Source: Dimargaris cristalligena (lineage: Eukaryota). From it: a stretch of DNA of 64,000 bases. The DNA is taken from assembly GCA_003614675.1 (NCBI GenBank), contig ML002217.1, positions 1 through 64,000 of the forward strand, in the 5' to 3' direction. Position numbers and translations under genes: made by a program. The first letter of the stretch is position 1; the number at the start of each line of letters is the position of its first letter. The notes beneath the pieces were generated by a model. The model did not search any database. It saw only the letters and a list, made by a program, of their open reading frames with translations, and had not been told where the DNA came from. Positions 60,973-64,000 of the stretch are shown here, one piece after another.

Positions 60973-63778
60973 GATGAGGGTTTAGGGAAGTAGGGCTCGA
61001 CCAAATAGTATTTCTCGAATGAGGTTGGGAAAAACGTAAACAAAAGGGGAGTGAATGGGAGAGTAGAGTAAAGTACGTAAATGGACTAAGTCAGCCAACT
61101 GGAACAGAAGTTTGGCCAAGTGGTGGTGGTCCAAATAATAAGATGAAAGTAAGGGAAGGGGGAAAAGGTGGGGTGGAAACTTCCCAGTCAGGCGTAATTA
61201 ATAGAGGAGAAAGGGGATCAGTCACTTTGTTTAGCCAAGTCCAAAATAAAGTAACGGTGGTAGGGACAACAAAAGTTAAAGGAGGACGAGACACCACGCT
61301 GGCTTAAGCTAATAAAACGGTTATGGTTGGCTGGAGGTGGCTTTAAGCAGGGTCTCTTCGAGCCTACTTACTGCGTGGATGGGAGGAGTAAGGCTATACG
61401 AGGGCGAAAGCAAACCTAGTAGAGACCCCCCAATGGTGGAAAAAAATAATAGAGAACAATAGCGATCGTTAGCCTGAGGATGGATACGAGTGATAAGGAA
61501 CAATAGTCGCGGATGAAAAGACGAAGGAACTCTCGAGTCAGTCAGCCAGGCAGTAGGCTAGAGTGGTGCACTAACGAGGATGAGCTTGAGAGCCACTGAA
61601 TCAAGTAGCTTAGTCACTTCACGTCAGCAGGAGTGGACCAACACAATTCGACCCACGAGAACAATAATAAACCGAGTGAAAATTGAGTTCTTGACGAATG
61701 TGGAAGAAAGATGAGTCATCCGCTTTGTGAAGGAGGGGGGGCCTGTTCAAGGGACCTTCTTCTGCCCACCCTGCTGAGCGAAAACGATACACCCTCTTTG
61801 GAAGAGGACCCGCTGGGAAAAGTGGGAAAAGGGTTGTAGACAAGCCCAGTCCAACTAGCACCAGGCCACCTTCTACCTGTGTGGGGGGGTACTGTGTGTG
61901 TGTACACAAGGGAGGTAGAGCTTTTCTTTGTATTCCCCTTGTGCCCTACCTTCTAGAAAATAAGCCCACACAACAAGCCCGGGGGGGGGGCGTAGTTACT
62001 GGTCGCGAGGGGGAACATACAATTTATAGTGGCTATACTACCCAACAACGACGTTCACCCTCAGGCCAAATGAGCGACGCGGGAAGGTGGGCAGAGGTCG
62101 GGTTGAAAAAAACGGTATAATAGGAGAGGCCAACCGGGTAAGCTACTTACGTTTCAAGCAGCTATAAGCATGCACTGTATACAAAATGGATTAAAAGGTA
62201 TTGCGAATAACACAAATAGTGGAAAGAGAGAACAAGGGGGAAAGCGGGGAACGAAGGAGCGGAACATGCAAATATGGGGCTTGGAGCAGGCATTATTTAT
62301 CCGTCGATTACAGAAGTGTCTGGAAGGGGGTGATTGGTGAATGCGCATATATTGGTAGATTTCGCGGGAATGTTGGGGGGGTTAAAAAATAATGGATTTG
62401 GACTTGAGAGAGAGGCCCCCTTGGTTCAGGGATATAATGTATCGCAGCAATACTGCACACACTGCGCTTGTCCCTGGCTCTCCCGGCAGCTATAACGCCA
62501 GTATCACTGTGACCACCCTGCAACCGGTGGGGAGGGGGATAGAAGTACCACCATTGGGGGAGAGGATAATGGCCCCCAGGCTAATTACCCTCACCACATC
62601 CGTATTATCTATTTGTCAGTGTTTTGTCATAGATAGACTGTTAAGCATACGTGGGTTAGTTTCTTATCCCCACTAATCCTACTATACTGGTATATTGTTG
62701 GAAGAACCCTGCGGAGCCCCTCTCTATAAGTCTATTTTGGTGTGACATTTAATGCCGATAAAATATATGCCCGGCTGACCTAACCCAACTTTTGTCAACC
62801 TGGTCCCAGAGCTGTCAAAAAACCACGCATGTGACAAGGGGGAGGGGTTCACTACTGTGGTTGCTTAATTATGATGCTCGGCAACTCATGTGATTACAGA
62901 ATTACACCCTTTAATCTAAAGTGCCCCTTAGTTCAGTGGAATTACGGAAATCGGCGTAAAGCGGTCAACCATAAGGTAATTACTTTAATTGGCCAGGCTA
63001 ATTTATAATAGGTTAACTACGCTGAATACGGAGAGCCCCGTCCAAGTAAATTATATGTTAAACCTTATCTCCTTGGTGGGTCAGTATTGGCAGGGTAAAG
63101 ACACGTAGCTTGGGTATTTTTACATTTGCACAGGATTAGAAACCATAAATAGCCGGGTCGGACTTTTACTATGTGTGTATTTCGATCTTAAGGCCAATTG
63201 TGGTCTGTGAAATCACTAAAGTTTAGAAAGATTGGCACTATGGGTGCTTATGTATTGCTGCTTAGTGCAGGATTAGGAGGAAGTTAAATGCTTATCGATT
63301 TCTTACCACACTTCATCAATTCCAAAATTATGCATACTACTCTGAAACGGACGTCGCCATCGGGCCCACTACCTCACGTCAATTAGTATCTCTGAAACCA
63401 TGAGAGGAAACGGCTCCACTAGCGGTGAGATGAGAAGCACCAGTGGAGCATGGTCAATTCCGGAGAACTTGTTGCCGGAAATCACATAGCCATTAACAAA
63501 GCCGTTCATTCTTAGGTTTTGCTTTTTGAGTATTTAAACCCGCCTGTTCTGCTCCTAAGTTCGGGAAGCGACCTAGTTTGCATTATTATTAAATTCTTTA
63601 CTGATGAATTCTTCTAAAAAAAATATTATTTTGAAAACCCCAGTTATCTGAACAATTTATTTAAAGACTATTGAAGAGTGAGAACGAAAAGTAGCCATGG
63701 TCCTCGTATTCATATATTTTGACTGAAGAAAAGCATTTTTTTTTAAATAATAGTTTATTTTCCCGTATTCATTCAAAT

Positions 63779-63970
63779 ATGTTCCGCTTCAAGTGTCCAT
63801 ATGCTGGAAGCCCAGAGGCATCACCCTCACCGCCTCCATCCCGCCCTCGCTCGCCGTTAGAGCGGTTGGTCCAGCTGACCTCCTCGTCGCGACCCGGTGC
63901 ACCTCAACCCGGCGGGGCAATACTAAACCCTCCTGGATCCCCGGGCTGCCTCAATACAAGTGGTGTTTAA
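63779..63970 (+). CDS. Hypothetical 63-aa Pro/Ser-rich orphan protein
   Basis: ATG after an AT-rich leader, GC-rich ORF, upstream TATA/Inr-like motif shared with the 1141-1516 unit. Confidence 0.3.
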   Translation: MFRFKCPYAGSPEASPSPPPSRPRSPLERLVQLTSSSRPGAPQPGGAILNPPGSPGCLNTSGV

Positions 63971-64000
63971 AAGCAGTGAGACCAGGGGCGGTCAAGTAGC

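Overview
Eukaryotic, fungal genomic DNA (spliceosomal GT-AG introns, fungal-type Pkc1, APSES/ankyrin MBF/SBF factor). An early-diverging lineage such as Zoopagomycota is plausible but cannot be proven from this window. Conserved genes, several reconstructed by hand across introns: a Ser/Thr-rich GPI-anchored wall protein (3.6-4.5 kb, -), a LARP7/Pof8-like RRM+xRRM protein apparently lacking a La motif (7.2-8.8 kb, -), an 8-exon OTU2/OTUD6-type deubiquitinase (9.4-13.3 kb, +), an EEP-family phosphoesterase (27.0-28.3 kb, +), an intronless Mbp1/Swi4/Res-type factor (35.0-39.6 kb, -), linker histone H1 (43.0-43.8 kb, -), TRM61 (50.9-53.1 kb, -), kynurenine aminotransferase (54.9-56.6 kb, +) and PKC1 (57.7-61.0 kb, -). 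The most striking accessory system is a tandem array of four small secreted paralogues (18.0-24.6 kb). Each has a signal peptide, a Kex2-type RR site exposing an N-terminal Gln, a domain that aligns by eye in register with the subtilisin-propeptide/I9 inhibitor fold, and a Gly/Ser/Asp linker ending in an invariant C-terminal G-C-x-G-x-C. The window also contains a ~135-bp MITE-like family (five recognisable copies plus degenerate ones, TIRs, ATAT flanks), a CpG-free stretch at the left edge, and two small Pro/Ser-rich ORFs 62 kb apart behind a shared TATA/Inr-like motif.
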